NCBI GenBank assembly: GCA_965216635.1
Contig: OZ244188.1
Coordinates: 416,001-480,000, forward strand
Reading direction: 5' to 3'
DNA from: a bacterium
GTDB taxonomy: Bacteria; SAR324; XYD2-FULL-50-16; G965216635
Length of the DNA stretch: 64,000 nucleotides
The notes beneath the pieces are model-generated. The model was not told the origin of the DNA, ran no database searches, and saw only the letters and a list, made by a program, of their open reading frames with translations. This document shows positions 50,505-60,497 of the stretch, piece after piece. The translations under genes and the position numbers were made by a program. Every line of letters starts with the position of its first letter. Within the stretch, counting starts at the first letter, position 1.

Positions 50505-51434
50505 TTATTTTGTTTTTTCCAAAAAATAAAACAATTCTAAAATTTGTTTGCTGTTTAATTCTGCAGGTCTTAATTTAGCGAAGTGACTTTCGGATTTTTC
50601 TGTAAGCACTTCTAAAATATTGGGGTAGGTTCGCTTTAGGTTATTGAATAAAGTTTTTCTTGGTTGTTGAAAAAGGCACTGTAAAAAAACAAAAAATTCT
50701 TTTTTGTTTTTCATCTCAAAATTATTTTTTCTCATTTTTAAGATTGTAGAATCTACTTTGGGGACAGGATAAAAAAATTCCTTTGGCACCTCAAGAATTT
50801 TTTCTAAACAAAAAAACAGCTCTCCCAGAACTGTAAGGGAGCTGAAATTTTTTGTGGATTTTTTTTTATTTGTAGAATTTTTGTCTATAGAGTTTTTGTC
50901 TATAGAATTTTTGTCTATAGAATTTTTGTCTATAGAGTTTTTGTCTATAGAATTTTTGTCTATAGAGTTTTTGTCTGTAGAATTTTTTTTGGTAACAATT
51001 CTCATTGCAAATTCTTTTTGAAACATAAAAACAAAATATTCAAAAAGCTGCCGATTGTGAATCAAAAGAAAAAATAAAGGAGTAGAAATTTGATAAGGTA
51101 GGTTGCCTACTAAGCATGTTTTTTTGTGCTTGGGAAGTATTTCTTTAAAATTGAGTTTAAGTATATCTCCAACAATCAGTGTAAAATTTTTATTACTAGC
51201 GAATTTTTTTTTGAGTATAGCAGCCCACCCTGGATCTATTTCTACAGCCAAAACTGGCTTGTTTAATTCTAGTAGTTTTTCGGTTAAAACTCCGCTACCC
51301 GAACCGATCTCCAAAATAAAATCGTTTTCTTTTTCGTCTGCCAGAGTAACAATTTGTTTTAAAGTATTTTCATCTTTTAAAAAAATTTGCCCTAGCCTCT
51401 TGTGTTGTCTAATTTTTGAGCGAGAACCATTCAT
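50505..51434 (-). CDS. rsmA: 16S rRNA dimethyladenosine transferase with a DKNSI repeat insertion
   Basis: LGQ.FL, EIGSGSG, GNLPYQIS, PVPKVDS motifs. Confidence 0.92.
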   Translation of the reverse strand: MNGSRSKIRQHKRLGQIFLKDENTLKQIVTLADEKENDFILEIGSGSGVLTEKLLELNKPVLAVEIDPGWAAILKKKFASNKNFTLIVGDILKLNFKEILPKHKKTCLVGNLPYQISTPLFFLLIHNRQLFEYFVFMFQKEFAMRIVTKKNSTDKNSIDKNSIDKNSIDKNSIDKNSIDKNSIDKNSTNKKKSTKNFSSLTVLGELFFCLEKILEVPKEFFYPVPKVDSTILKMRKNNFEMKNKKEFFVFLQCLFQQPRKTLFNNLKRTYPNILEVLTEKSESHFAKLRPAELNSKQILELFYFLEKTK

Positions 51435-52323
51435 CTAAAAAACTTTCTTTATTTTGCCAATCTTGGAGTTGTTTGACATGCAGATCTAAAAACACTTTTT
51501 TTTCTGTAAATTTTTCTAATTTCACTCTTGCTCTTGTGCCGATTTTTTTTAGCATTTCCCCGCCTTTTCCTATAACTATTTTTTTATGAGAATTTTTAGC
51601 TATGTAGATGCAGACAAAAATTTTTATTAATTCTTCTTGTTTTTGTATTTTTTCTGTTACTGTTGTTAAGCTATAAGGCAATTCCTGTCCTAATACCCTA
51701 AAAGCCTGTTCACGCACAAACTCAGCAAAAATTTCAGGTAAGCTACTATCGGTTAATAAATCTTTGGGGAAGTGAGCTTTTTCTTGGGGGAGGTAATTGC
51801 CAATGATAGATTTGAGTTTAGAAAGGTTTCTATTTTTTAAAGCGCTCAAAGGAACAATTTCTTTTGCCGCTAAAGTGTTACTCCAAAAACGGATAGCAGA
51901 CAAAATTTCTGCATCTTTTAGTAGGTCTATTTTGTTGAGAATTAAAATACATTTTTCTGCTGGGATTGCTTGCATAATTTTACTATCTAATGGATGCAGT
52001 TCTAAATTTTTCTTTGGAGCTTCTACTAGATAAAGAATCAAATCTACTTCTTCTAAAGAAAAATAGATCTGATTGAGCATTCTTTTTTGTAATTTATTTT
52101 TGGGTTGGTGAACACCAGGGGTGTCAATAAAGATGGCTTGATAGTCTTTAGTGGTCATAATTCCTCTAAAATTTTTACGGGTTGTTTGTGCTTTAGTGGA
52201 GACAGCGCTGAGAGGTTTGCCTATTAAACAGTTAAGCAGAGTAGATTTACCTACATTTGCTCTGCCAATCAGACTGAGGACACCAAAGCGGTGAGCAGTA
52301 ATTTTTTCAGTATTTTCTATCAT
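51409..52323 (-). CDS. era: GTPase Era
   Basis: GRANVGKST, DTPG, NKID, ELPY, KH domain IGKGG. Confidence 0.95.
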   Translation of the reverse strand: MIENTEKITAHRFGVLSLIGRANVGKSTLLNCLIGKPLSAVSTKAQTTRKNFRGIMTTKDYQAIFIDTPGVHQPKNKLQKRMLNQIYFSLEEVDLILYLVEAPKKNLELHPLDSKIMQAIPAEKCILILNKIDLLKDAEILSAIRFWSNTLAAKEIVPLSALKNRNLSKLKSIIGNYLPQEKAHFPKDLLTDSSLPEIFAEFVREQAFRVLGQELPYSLTTVTEKIQKQEELIKIFVCIYIAKNSHKKIVIGKGGEMLKKIGTRARVKLEKFTEKKVFLDLHVKQLQDWQNKESFLDEWFSLKN

Positions 52324-53252
52324 TTTTTTAATTGTAACGACTCTTTGGCTATGTTGTATAGAAAAGAATCGCCCTTAATATTAATGTCTTCTCCTTTTTT
52401 GATAAATAAGAAAGGCATTTGCGATTGCAATGTTTTTGCTGTAGGTAGATAGAGCATTTCTTGACTCCTGATTTCAATCTTTTCAGATTGAATTACAACA
52501 TTACCTTTGAAATGCAATTTATTTTTTTCCAAAAATCCCTCGTCTGCTTGCAATTCGCTTGTTTCTAGTTGGGCTATTATATTACCTTTGAAATGAAATT
52601 TATTTTTTTCCAAAAATCCCTCGTCTGCTCGCAATTTGCTTGTTTCTAGTTGGGCTATTATATTACCTTTGAAATGAAATTTATTTTTTTCCAAAAATCC
52701 CTCGTCTGCTTGTAGAGTATTTTTTCCAAACTGAATCATTATTTTTTTGGGAAAAACAACCTTGTTCTTTTTAAGTAAGGCGTCTTTGCTGGTAAGTTTG
52801 ATTGCTTTTCTACTAGCACCAGTTTGTTCTTTATTATTTATAATATAAAAATCTCCCTGCAAGCGAGTCTCTTTTTTATCCAGTTGGATATTTATTTTTT
52901 TCGCTAGCAGTAGATAATTTTCCCACTCTCCTCGTATGTTTTTAAATAGTTCTAAATTTTTATCTTCTAATAGAGCTTGTTGTGCTTGTATAGACCACCC
53001 TTCTCGGATAGAAAATTCAGGCATTTGAATGAAATATTTTTTTTTATTTTTATCCAATACTTTTGCAGAATTTGCTTTTAAAAAATACTGATTATCGCCG
53101 AGTAATATCTGAAAATCTATTTCTTTGGCTTGCCAGAACTGATGGTTTTGAGAGGATGAATTTTCTACTATTTTGTTTTTGGTTTTTTCATAAAATCCAA
53201 AGTAATAAAAGAGAAAAACAGCTAAAATAATAAAAAAAACTTTAAATAACAT
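52320..53252 (-). CDS. LptC/OstA-like beta-jellyroll protein with three 24-aa repeats
   Basis: N-terminal TM anchor, repeated LQADEGFLEKNKFHFKGNII, LptC-like C terminus. Confidence 0.5.
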   Translation of the reverse strand: MLFKVFFIILAVFLFYYFGFYEKTKNKIVENSSSQNHQFWQAKEIDFQILLGDNQYFLKANSAKVLDKNKKKYFIQMPEFSIREGWSIQAQQALLEDKNLELFKNIRGEWENYLLLAKKINIQLDKKETRLQGDFYIINNKEQTGASRKAIKLTSKDALLKKNKVVFPKKIMIQFGKNTLQADEGFLEKNKFHFKGNIIAQLETSKLRADEGFLEKNKFHFKGNIIAQLETSELQADEGFLEKNKLHFKGNVVIQSEKIEIRSQEMLYLPTAKTLQSQMPFLFIKKGEDINIKGDSFLYNIAKESLQLKK

Positions 53253-53271
53253 GTATTTTGAGAGAAAACTT

Positions 53272-53409
53272 TAGACCTTTAAATTTGCGTTATGTGACGG
53301 CTAGACAAGGCAAAAAAATTTTGGGTCGCAGGAATACTCAAGTATTTCAAGGGACAAATTTTTTTTTTAACGATGTATAGGCTAAACAGAATGCAAATTC
53401 AAAAGTCTA
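53272..53409. mobile_element. Palindromic MITE-like repeat, family 1
   Basis: Inverted near-copy of 65-204. Confidence 0.75.
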
Positions 53410-53414
53410 AAATT

Positions 53415-54170
53415 TTACAAACGAACATCAATACTACTCTTTTGTAAAAATTGTTTCACTTCTTTAATACTAAAAATTCCGTAGTGAAAAACGCTAGCGG
53501 CTAGAATCGCATCCGCTTTACCTTGCAAAACAGCTTCCACAAAATGTTCTAATTTACCACAACCGCCAGAAATAATTACAGGAATAGATAGTTTTTCACT
53601 AATTAACCGAGTGATTTCTAAATCGTAACCATCCTTAGTGCCATCTTTATCCATACTTGTAAGTAAAATTTCTCCAGCGCCTCTGCTTTGCGCCTGCTCT
53701 GCCCATTCTAAAGCGTCCATTTCTGTATCTTTTTTTCCAGCGTGGCTATAGACTCGCCAAGTGTTATTTTTTTTTTTAACATCTATAGCTAGCACAACAC
53801 ATTGAGAACCAAACTGTTCGCTAATTTGATTGATAAGGTTGGGAGTTTGAATAGCTGCAGAATTTATAGAAACCTTATCGGCTCCAGCTTTAATAATTTT
53901 TTCTGCCAGCGTAGCAGAAGATATTCCTCCGCCTATAGTAAAAGGAATAAAAAGTTCTTTAGCAACAGAGCTTGCCAAATCAATAAGAGTGTCTCTATTT
54001 TGATTAGTAGCGGTAATATCTAAAAAAATAAGCTCATCTGCCTGCTGTCTATTGTAGTTTTTTGCTAGTTCTAGGGGGTCTCCTACATTTTTTAAATGAA
54101 CGAAATTTTTTCCTTTTACAACTTTAGCGTCTTTTATATCTAAACAGGGTATGATGCGAATCGGGTGCAT
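53415..54170 (-). CDS. hisF: Imidazole glycerol phosphate synthase cyclase subunit
   Basis: RIIPCLD, ADELIFLDI, TSMDKDG motifs; likely start is the ATG at 54170. Confidence 0.95.
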   Translation of the reverse strand: MHPIRIIPCLDIKDAKVVKGKNFVHLKNVGDPLELAKNYNRQQADELIFLDITATNQNRDTLIDLASSVAKELFIPFTIGGGISSATLAEKIIKAGADKVSINSAAIQTPNLINQISEQFGSQCVVLAIDVKKKNNTWRVYSHAGKKDTEMDALEWAEQAQSRGAGEILLTSMDKDGTKDGYDLEITRLISEKLSIPVIISGGCGKLEHFVEAVLQGKADAILAASVFHYGIFSIKEVKQFLQKSSIDVRL

Positions 54171-54187
54171 TCTAGGTTTGAGATAGA

Positions 54188-54796
54188 TTAACTGGAAACA
54201 GCAAGATTGGCAAACCGTTTCAAAAAATCCAGCCCATCTGCTTGTGATTTTTCTGGATGAAATTGAGTTCCCCAAAGATTTTCTTTTTGAATAATACTGA
54301 CTACTTCTTGATCGTAATTGCAAGAAGCAAAAATAATTTTTTTATCTTCTGGTATACAGTGATAAGAATGCACAAAATAGCACCATAAATTTTTCTGGAG
54401 TCTATATGTCTGATGAGGTTTTTTAAAAAATACTTTATTCCAGCCAACCTGTGGGATTTTGTATTTAGAGTGAAGCTTTACCACCTTTCCTTTTAAGACT
54501 CCCAAGCCTTGATGTATTCCTTTCTCTTCTCCCCATTCAAAAAGTATTTGCATCCCCACACAAATTCCAAGCAATGCTTTGCCTTGTTTTATTTTTTCTA
54601 CAATAATTTTATCAAAGTGGTATTCTTTAATCTTGTGCATACAATAACCAAAAGAGCCCACCCCCGGCAAAACAATTTTCTCTGCTGTTTTCAGCTCTTC
54701 GGGTTTATCAATAATTTTAGATGAAAAACCCAAAGTAGAAAAAGCGTTTTGGATGTTTTGTAAATTTCCTACTCTGTAATTGACTATACTAATCAT
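54188..54796 (-). CDS. hisH: Imidazole glycerol phosphate synthase glutaminase subunit
   Basis: LPGVG, GICVGMQ, QFHPEKS motifs. Confidence 0.95.
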   Translation of the reverse strand: MISIVNYRVGNLQNIQNAFSTLGFSSKIIDKPEELKTAEKIVLPGVGSFGYCMHKIKEYHFDKIIVEKIKQGKALLGICVGMQILFEWGEEKGIHQGLGVLKGKVVKLHSKYKIPQVGWNKVFFKKPHQTYRLQKNLWCYFVHSYHCIPEDKKIIFASCNYDQEVVSIIQKENLWGTQFHPEKSQADGLDFLKRFANLAVSS

Positions 54797-54969
54797 AATT
54801 GGCTGCTCCAGTAACTAAGGCTCTCTTTTATGCTTAAAGAATAGAGTAGATAGCAAAATTTGTCATCTAAAAAAGAGTAGTTGTTTTTTCTTGCTAGATT
54901 TTTCGTTTTTTTTATTTTATGCTTTAAAAGATTTGTTAATATTTTTTCTTTTTAATTTTTTGATAAGCT

Positions 54970-55719
54970 ATGTTGTCTGATGAAAAATTAAAGCTTCTTC
55001 AATCTGTGCCTAAAGCAGTTCGCCCCTACCATATTGGAATTATTATGGATGGCAATAGTAGGTGGGCAAAACAAAAATCACTGCCACTAGTTCAAGGACA
55101 CCGAGAGGGAGGAAAGGTGGTAGAGAAAATTATTGATGCCAGCGTTTTTTTTGAAATCCCAGTATTGACCCTTTATGCTTTTTCTACAGAAAATTGGAAT
55201 CGTCCCCAAAGAGAAATAAAAAATTTGATGCAGATTTTACGAGAATATTTGAAAAAGCACGCACCTAAAGTTATTGAGAAAAATATTCGCTTTAGAACTT
55301 TAGGAGACATTTCTATTTTAGACGAAGATATTCGTGAAAATTTATCTCTGATAGAAAAGCAATCATTAAATAAAACAAAAATGACCCTTTGCTTGGCGAT
55401 TAATTATGGAGGTAGAGATGAGATTGTGAGAGCAACTAAAAAAATTTTACAAGATTTTAAATTAGGAAAAATAGATTCTACCAAAATCACAGAAAGTAAG
55501 CTATCCTGCTATTTAGATACACAATCATTGCCAGAAGTAGATTTGATTATTCGCACAGGAGATAAACAAAGGATTTCTAATTTTTTGCTTTGGCAAAGTG
55601 CTTATGCAGAATTTTATTTTACAAAAACCCTTTGGCCCAATTTTGATTTTAAAGAATTTCATAATGCCTTGTTGAATTTTTCTCAAAGAAAAAGAACTAA
55701 GGGAAGGAGAGAAATATAA
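54970..55719 (+). CDS. uppS: Undecaprenyl diphosphate synthase
   Basis: IIMDGNSRWA, FSTENW, RISNFLLWQ motifs. Confidence 0.95.
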   Translation: MLSDEKLKLLQSVPKAVRPYHIGIIMDGNSRWAKQKSLPLVQGHREGGKVVEKIIDASVFFEIPVLTLYAFSTENWNRPQREIKNLMQILREYLKKHAPKVIEKNIRFRTLGDISILDEDIRENLSLIEKQSLNKTKMTLCLAINYGGRDEIVRATKKILQDFKLGKIDSTKITESKLSCYLDTQSLPEVDLIIRTGDKQRISNFLLWQSAYAEFYFTKTLWPNFDFKEFHNALLNFSQRKRTKGRREI

Positions 55720-55729
55720 GATACTAGAC

Positions 55730-56077
55730 TGGACTTTTGAATTTGCCAAATAGGACAAAACTAGCTGTTTAGCCAAAACAAGCTTATTGCTTGACGCGCT
55801 GTTTAGCCAAAACAAGCTTATTGCTTGACGCTTTTTATGGGCTATTTGTGAAACAGCCAAAGGGCTGTTTCACAGTTCATTCTTGCTTAATGCAAATTTT
55901 GGCGTGCCCTGATCCCATTATTGTGCACTACGCCATTAAAAAAATTTTTAACTTTTGCCATTTGTGAATAAATGCCCTTCGCTATTTTAGCGAGCTAAAA
56001 AAAATTTTCGCACCTGTTCTAACCATTTGGCTAGCCGTCACAGCTAGTTTGTCTTATTTGGCAAATTCAAAGGTCTA
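55730..56077. mobile_element. Expanded family-1 palindromic element (about 350 bp) with internal duplications
   Basis: GACTTTTGAATTTGCC ... GGCAAATTCAAAGGTCTA ends; internal tandem GCTGTTTAGCCAAAACAAGCTTATTGCTTGACGC x2. Confidence 0.7.
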
Positions 56078-56087
56078 TAATATAAAA

Positions 56088-56912
56088 ATGTTTTCAAATC
56101 TCAAAAAATTTCCGATTGTCATTCAAAGAATGATAGTAGCTACTCTTATTGGTGGTATTGGTATTCTGTTGTTACTTTATAGTCCGAAATCTTACTTTAT
56201 TGGGTTTGTGGCTGTTTTGTTTTGCATTATACTCTTTGAATATTCCCATGTTTTGACGCAGAGAAAAATTTCTAATATGTTTTTTTTATTAATAATTTTT
56301 GCAGGGTTAAGGTTGCGTAATTTTTTCCCCAATATTGATAATTTTTTTTCTTGGTTTAACACACAAGTCTTGATTGCGATTTTTATTTTGCTAGTGGCGA
56401 CCTTTTTCAGAAAAGGTAAATTTTCATTTTTGTTTTGGTTTTTGCTAGCCATTGTTTGGATAATTTTGCCCTTTTTAGTTCTGGTGAAACTTACTTTTTT
56501 TGCAGATGCAGAAAAACTGATTTTATTTTTGGTTGTGATCACTACAGTCCACGATTCTTTAGCTTATTTTGTTGGTAAAAAATGGGGCACAAAAAAACTA
56601 ATCCCAACTATCAGTCCAAATAAAACCTACCTTGGTAGTTTTGCTGGTTTATCGGGAGCGGTTTTATCGGCTCTAATTTTTAATGAGGTTTGGCAACTTT
56701 TTGAATTATCACAGGTTCTTATTTTTGCTGTAGCTTTGGGAATATCCGCTCAAATAGGCGATCTTTTGGAATCCAAGTTTAAAAGAAACTTAAATATAAA
56801 AGATACTGGTTCTATTTTACTAGCCCACGGAGGTATGTTGGATAGGGCGGATGCTCTTTTGTTTTGTATTCCCGTTTATTATTATTTGCTCTATTTTTTT
56901 GGCTACCATTAA
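56088..56912 (+). CDS. cdsA: Phosphatidate cytidylyltransferase
   Basis: SPNKT, GDLLES..KR...KD.G...HGGMLDR.D motifs; ATG at 56088. Confidence 0.92.
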   Translation: MFSNLKKFPIVIQRMIVATLIGGIGILLLLYSPKSYFIGFVAVLFCIILFEYSHVLTQRKISNMFFLLIIFAGLRLRNFFPNIDNFFSWFNTQVLIAIFILLVATFFRKGKFSFLFWFLLAIVWIILPFLVLVKLTFFADAEKLILFLVVITTVHDSLAYFVGKKWGTKKLIPTISPNKTYLGSFAGLSGAVLSALIFNEVWQLFELSQVLIFAVALGISAQIGDLLESKFKRNLNIKDTGSILLAHGGMLDRADALLFCIPVYYYLLYFFGYH

Positions 56913-56914
56913 AG

Positions 56915-58144
56915 ATGAAAAAAATTGCCCTACTAGGCAGCACAGGTTCTATTGGAAAATCGGTTTTAGATATAGTCCAAAAACAAGCTAGTTTTTTTAG
57001 TATTTGTGGCTTAAGTTGCTATAAAAATACAGCAGAACTAAAAAAACAGATTGCAATGTTTTCGCCTGCTGCTTTTTGTGTAGTCAAAGAAGATTTGTCC
57101 TCTGATTTAGAACAGTTAGCCGCAGAATCTGCAAAAAAACTATTCAAAGGGATGTCGGGTTTAAATGAGATGTTAAAACAGCTTTCTCCCGATTTGGTTG
57201 TTTGTGCGATTAGCGGATACGAGGGTATTTATTCTATGTTAGAAGCCATTCGTTTAAAAATACCCGTAGCAGTTGCCAATAAAGAGCCTTTAGTGATAGC
57301 AGGAAAAATAGTTATGGCGGAAGCAAAAAAAAATTCAGTACCTATTTATCCGATAGATTCCGAGCATAATGCTATCTTTCAATGTTTGCGTGGGCAAAAT
57401 TCACAAAGAGAAGATACACAGTTTGACTTATTTGGTAAGCACCGCAATAAAAAAAGCTGCAAAAAAATCCGCAGAATTATATTAACAGCTTCAGGTGGTC
57501 CTTTTTGGAATACAAAAAAAGAAAATTTTACAAAAATTCAAAAAAAACAAGCACTCCAACATCCTAAATGGAGTATGGGAGAAAAAAACACTGTAGATTC
57601 TGCGAGTATGATGAATAAAGCACTAGAAGTTGTAGAAGCTCACTGGCTTTTTGGTTTGGATTTTTCACAAATAGAAGTTTGGGTGCACCCCCAATCTATT
57701 CTGCACGGTATAGTGCAATTTAGAGATGGATCTTCTTTAGCTCAAATGGCACTTCCCGATATGAGGGTTGCTATTGCCTATTGCTTAGGTTTAGATTTAA
57801 GAGTAGAATCTTCTGTAATGGATCTAGACCTTACAAAAATAGGTAAGCTGGAATTTTTCAAACTAGATGAAAAAAAATTTCCCGCTGTCCGATTTATTAA
57901 AGAATGTTTTAGCTGGGGAGAAGGATTTGCATCGGCTATGAATGGAGTCAACGAAGCTTTGGTGAAATTATTTTTAGAGGAAAAAATTCGTTTTTGCGAA
58001 ATTTTGGATTTTTTGGCAAGATGGGTAGAAGAAGCAAGAAATTTGCAGAGCAAGGCAAAATGCCCTTCCTTTTTGAAACAAACGAGAAGTTTAGAGGATG
58101 CTTTGGAGGCTAATCAATGGGGGATAGATTCAATAAAAAAATAA
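56915..58144 (+). CDS. dxr: 1-deoxy-D-xylulose 5-phosphate reductoisomerase
   Basis: LLGSTGSIG, ANKE, DSEH, TASGGPF, MMNKALE motifs. Confidence 0.95.
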   Translation: MKKIALLGSTGSIGKSVLDIVQKQASFFSICGLSCYKNTAELKKQIAMFSPAAFCVVKEDLSSDLEQLAAESAKKLFKGMSGLNEMLKQLSPDLVVCAISGYEGIYSMLEAIRLKIPVAVANKEPLVIAGKIVMAEAKKNSVPIYPIDSEHNAIFQCLRGQNSQREDTQFDLFGKHRNKKSCKKIRRIILTASGGPFWNTKKENFTKIQKKQALQHPKWSMGEKNTVDSASMMNKALEVVEAHWLFGLDFSQIEVWVHPQSILHGIVQFRDGSSLAQMALPDMRVAIAYCLGLDLRVESSVMDLDLTKIGKLEFFKLDEKKFPAVRFIKECFSWGEGFASAMNGVNEALVKLFLEEKIRFCEILDFLARWVEEARNLQSKAKCPSFLKQTRSLEDALEANQWGIDSIKK

Positions 58145-58228
58145 AACATTTGCATTGGCTAAACAGCTAGTTTTGTCCTATTTGGCAAATTCAAAAGTCT
58201 ATAATATAAATAAAAATAACAACAAATA

Positions 58229-59497
58229 ATGAATGTAATAATTATAATTTTAGTATTTCAATTCTTAATATTGATCCACGAATTGGGGCATTTTTTAGCT
58301 GCCAAGAGGTTCGGAGTAGCTGTAGAAGAATTTTCTTTGGGTATACCTCCTAGGATTATATCCAAAAAAGTAAAAGATACTTTGTATAGTCTCTCCTTAT
58401 TTCCCATAGGTGGCTACATTAAAATGAAAGGTTTTGCCGAAAATGAGGACACCCGTGAAAAAAATAATTACGCTGCAAAAACCATCAGTCAAAGATTTAC
58501 TATTATTTTTGCAGGTCCTTTTTTCAATTTAGTTTTAAGCTTTATTTTGTTATGGCTAGTTTTTTTTGTAGGTATAAAACGGCCTCTAATTGTTTCTATT
58601 GCTCCTACGATAGGCAAACTTTCTACTGAATCTGTAGCTTTTCAAAAAGGTATTAAAAAAGGAGATACAATCGTAGAAGTCAATAAAAAAGCTGTAAAAA
58701 CCTGGAACGAAGTCAATCAGAGCCTTGGGATAGTTTCTGAAAAGCACCCCGTCTCTTTTGTAGTAGAAAGAGCTGGAAACTATCTAGATTTTCAATTTGA
58801 AAACCAAACGAATTTAGATTTAATTCCTTTTCTACCTCCGCTTGTAGGAAGCGTGCAAAAAAATAGCCCCGCTTTTATCGCAGGCTTAAAGTCTGGAGAT
58901 AGAATTTTGAGTATTGACGGTAATATTGTAGAAGAATGGGCGGATATTTCTAGTTTCTTGCAGATAAGCAAAGGCTCCACAATCAGTATTCTTTTAGAAA
59001 ATCAAGGAAGCAAAAGAGAAGTGCAGATTTCACCCATTCAAAATAAGGAAAGTGGACGCTGGTTGCTTGGAATTTCTTTACCGACTTACCGCGCAAGTTT
59101 TTCTTTTTGGGGTTCTGCCAAAGAAAGCGCATTAGAAATCACAAACAATGTAAAGACTACCTTTTGGTTTTTAGGAAAATTGATTACAGGCAAATCTTCT
59201 AGCGACGCTGTAGGAGGTCCCGTAATGATAATATCTGTTATGCAAAAAAGCATAGAGCTAGGGTTTTTGACGCTTGTTTATATTACTGCTTTAATTAGTC
59301 TGCAACTGGCTATTTTTAATTTACTTCCTATTCCCGCACTAGACGGAGGCTATCTTTTTTTACTAGCCATTGAAAAAATAAGAGGCAAACCGATTCCTTT
59401 AAAATACCGCATCAAGTTTCAGCTATTGGGTTTCTTGTTCCTTATTACTTTAATTATTTTTGTGACTACTAATGATATTTTAAGGCTACTGAATTAA
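58229..59497 (+). CDS. rseP: RIP metalloprotease RseP
   Basis: HELGH, two PDZ domains, NLLPIPALDGG. Confidence 0.93.
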   Translation: MNVIIIILVFQFLILIHELGHFLAAKRFGVAVEEFSLGIPPRIISKKVKDTLYSLSLFPIGGYIKMKGFAENEDTREKNNYAAKTISQRFTIIFAGPFFNLVLSFILLWLVFFVGIKRPLIVSIAPTIGKLSTESVAFQKGIKKGDTIVEVNKKAVKTWNEVNQSLGIVSEKHPVSFVVERAGNYLDFQFENQTNLDLIPFLPPLVGSVQKNSPAFIAGLKSGDRILSIDGNIVEEWADISSFLQISKGSTISILLENQGSKREVQISPIQNKESGRWLLGISLPTYRASFSFWGSAKESALEITNNVKTTFWFLGKLITGKSSSDAVGGPVMIISVMQKSIELGFLTLVYITALISLQLAIFNLLPIPALDGGYLFLLAIEKIRGKPIPLKYRIKFQLLGFLFLITLIIFVTTNDILRLLN

Positions 59498-59536
59498 AAA
59501 GCTATTTTTGGTTTCAGGGCATTCAAATAAAAAACT

Positions 59537-59710
59537 ATGAGTATAGGTTTAATTCTTGTTGTGATTCTTATCGCTTCAATGGTGGGGATGTTCGGTTACT
59601 TTACATACCTTGCAGGTATTACTTTAAGAGATACAGAAGACGCCGAACCGAAAATGGTAGTCAAAAAACAAAATAAGGTAAAAACATCTACAGTCGCAAA
59701 AAAGTTTTAG
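59537..59710 (+). CDS. 57-aa single-TM protein (below the ORF-track cutoff)
   Basis: MSIGLILVVILIASMVGMFGYFTYLAG... translated by hand; ATG at 59537, TAG ending 59710. Confidence 0.55.
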   Translation: MSIGLILVVILIASMVGMFGYFTYLAGITLRDTEDAEPKMVVKKQNKVKTSTVAKKF

Positions 59711-59797
59711 GCAAAAAGCTTGTTGGCTAAACTAGATAAGCAAATTCAAAAGTCTAAAAGATAGAAAACCCAGTATTAGTTTAATAAAAAAATAATC

Positions 59798-60052
59798 ATG
59801 AGCAAAAATTCAGCTACTTTTGTTACTAGTGAAGAGAAAGTATCAAAATTTATAAATAACCCTAGTACAAAGAACTTTTATTCTGTAGTTAATAATATAA
59901 AAGATCATGCAGTTAAAGAAAAAATGGACAGCTTTATGTTTAATGCTCTTATAGAGCAAGCAACTGGTATTTATGTTGATAATATTATTAACAAACAATT
60001 AAAAAAAACCTTAAATAGTAATTATTTTAATAATTGCTTTAAGTTATTTTGA
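59798..60052 (+). CDS. Hypothetical protein
   Basis: 84-aa ATG ORF between family-1 repeat fragments. Confidence 0.45.
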   Translation: MSKNSATFVTSEEKVSKFINNPSTKNFYSVVNNIKDHAVKEKMDSFMFNALIEQATGIYVDNIINKQLKKTLNSNYFNNCFKLF

Positions 60053-60130
60053 GAGCTTTGAATTTGCCAAATAGAACAAAACTAGCTGTGACGGCTAGCC
60101 GAATGGTTAGGAGAGGTGCGAAAAATTTTT

Positions 60131-60328
60131 TTAGCTGGCGTGTAATAATGGAATTGTTCTTAATTCTGTAGTTGTATATTTTGTCTCTTTTTTCTCATTT
60201 TCTTGTAGATTGTCTAAAAGAGACTGGTTTTTTTTACAATAGTCCATAGCTTTTTTGACTCTTCCGATTTTTATTTCTAAGTCTTCGCTGATTTCCTGCA
60301 TTCTGTTTGTATCAATTTTATTTTTCAT
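60131..60328 (-). CDS. Hypothetical protein
   Basis: 65-aa ORF ending at a family-1 repeat fragment (60052-60137). Confidence 0.35.
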   Translation of the reverse strand: MKNKIDTNRMQEISEDLEIKIGRVKKAMDYCKKNQSLLDNLQENEKKETKYTTTELRTIPLLHAS

Positions 60329-60497
60329 TATAAATTTTGAAAATTAAGGTTGTTTAATAACAAGTATATTATAAAAATAGATTTTTTCACTAAAATTATT
60401 ATTTAGAAAATAAAAAATTACTATTTTTCACAAAATCTCTTTTAAAAGTCAAAATATTCCAATATTTTTTGTGTTTTTTTCTGTAAATTGGGATTTT

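Noticed and set aside
54171..54323. N-terminal extension of hisF in the ORF track (similar extensions on cdsA, dxr, znuB)
   Set aside because: The extensions overlap upstream genes or a repeat; downstream ATGs match the family N termini
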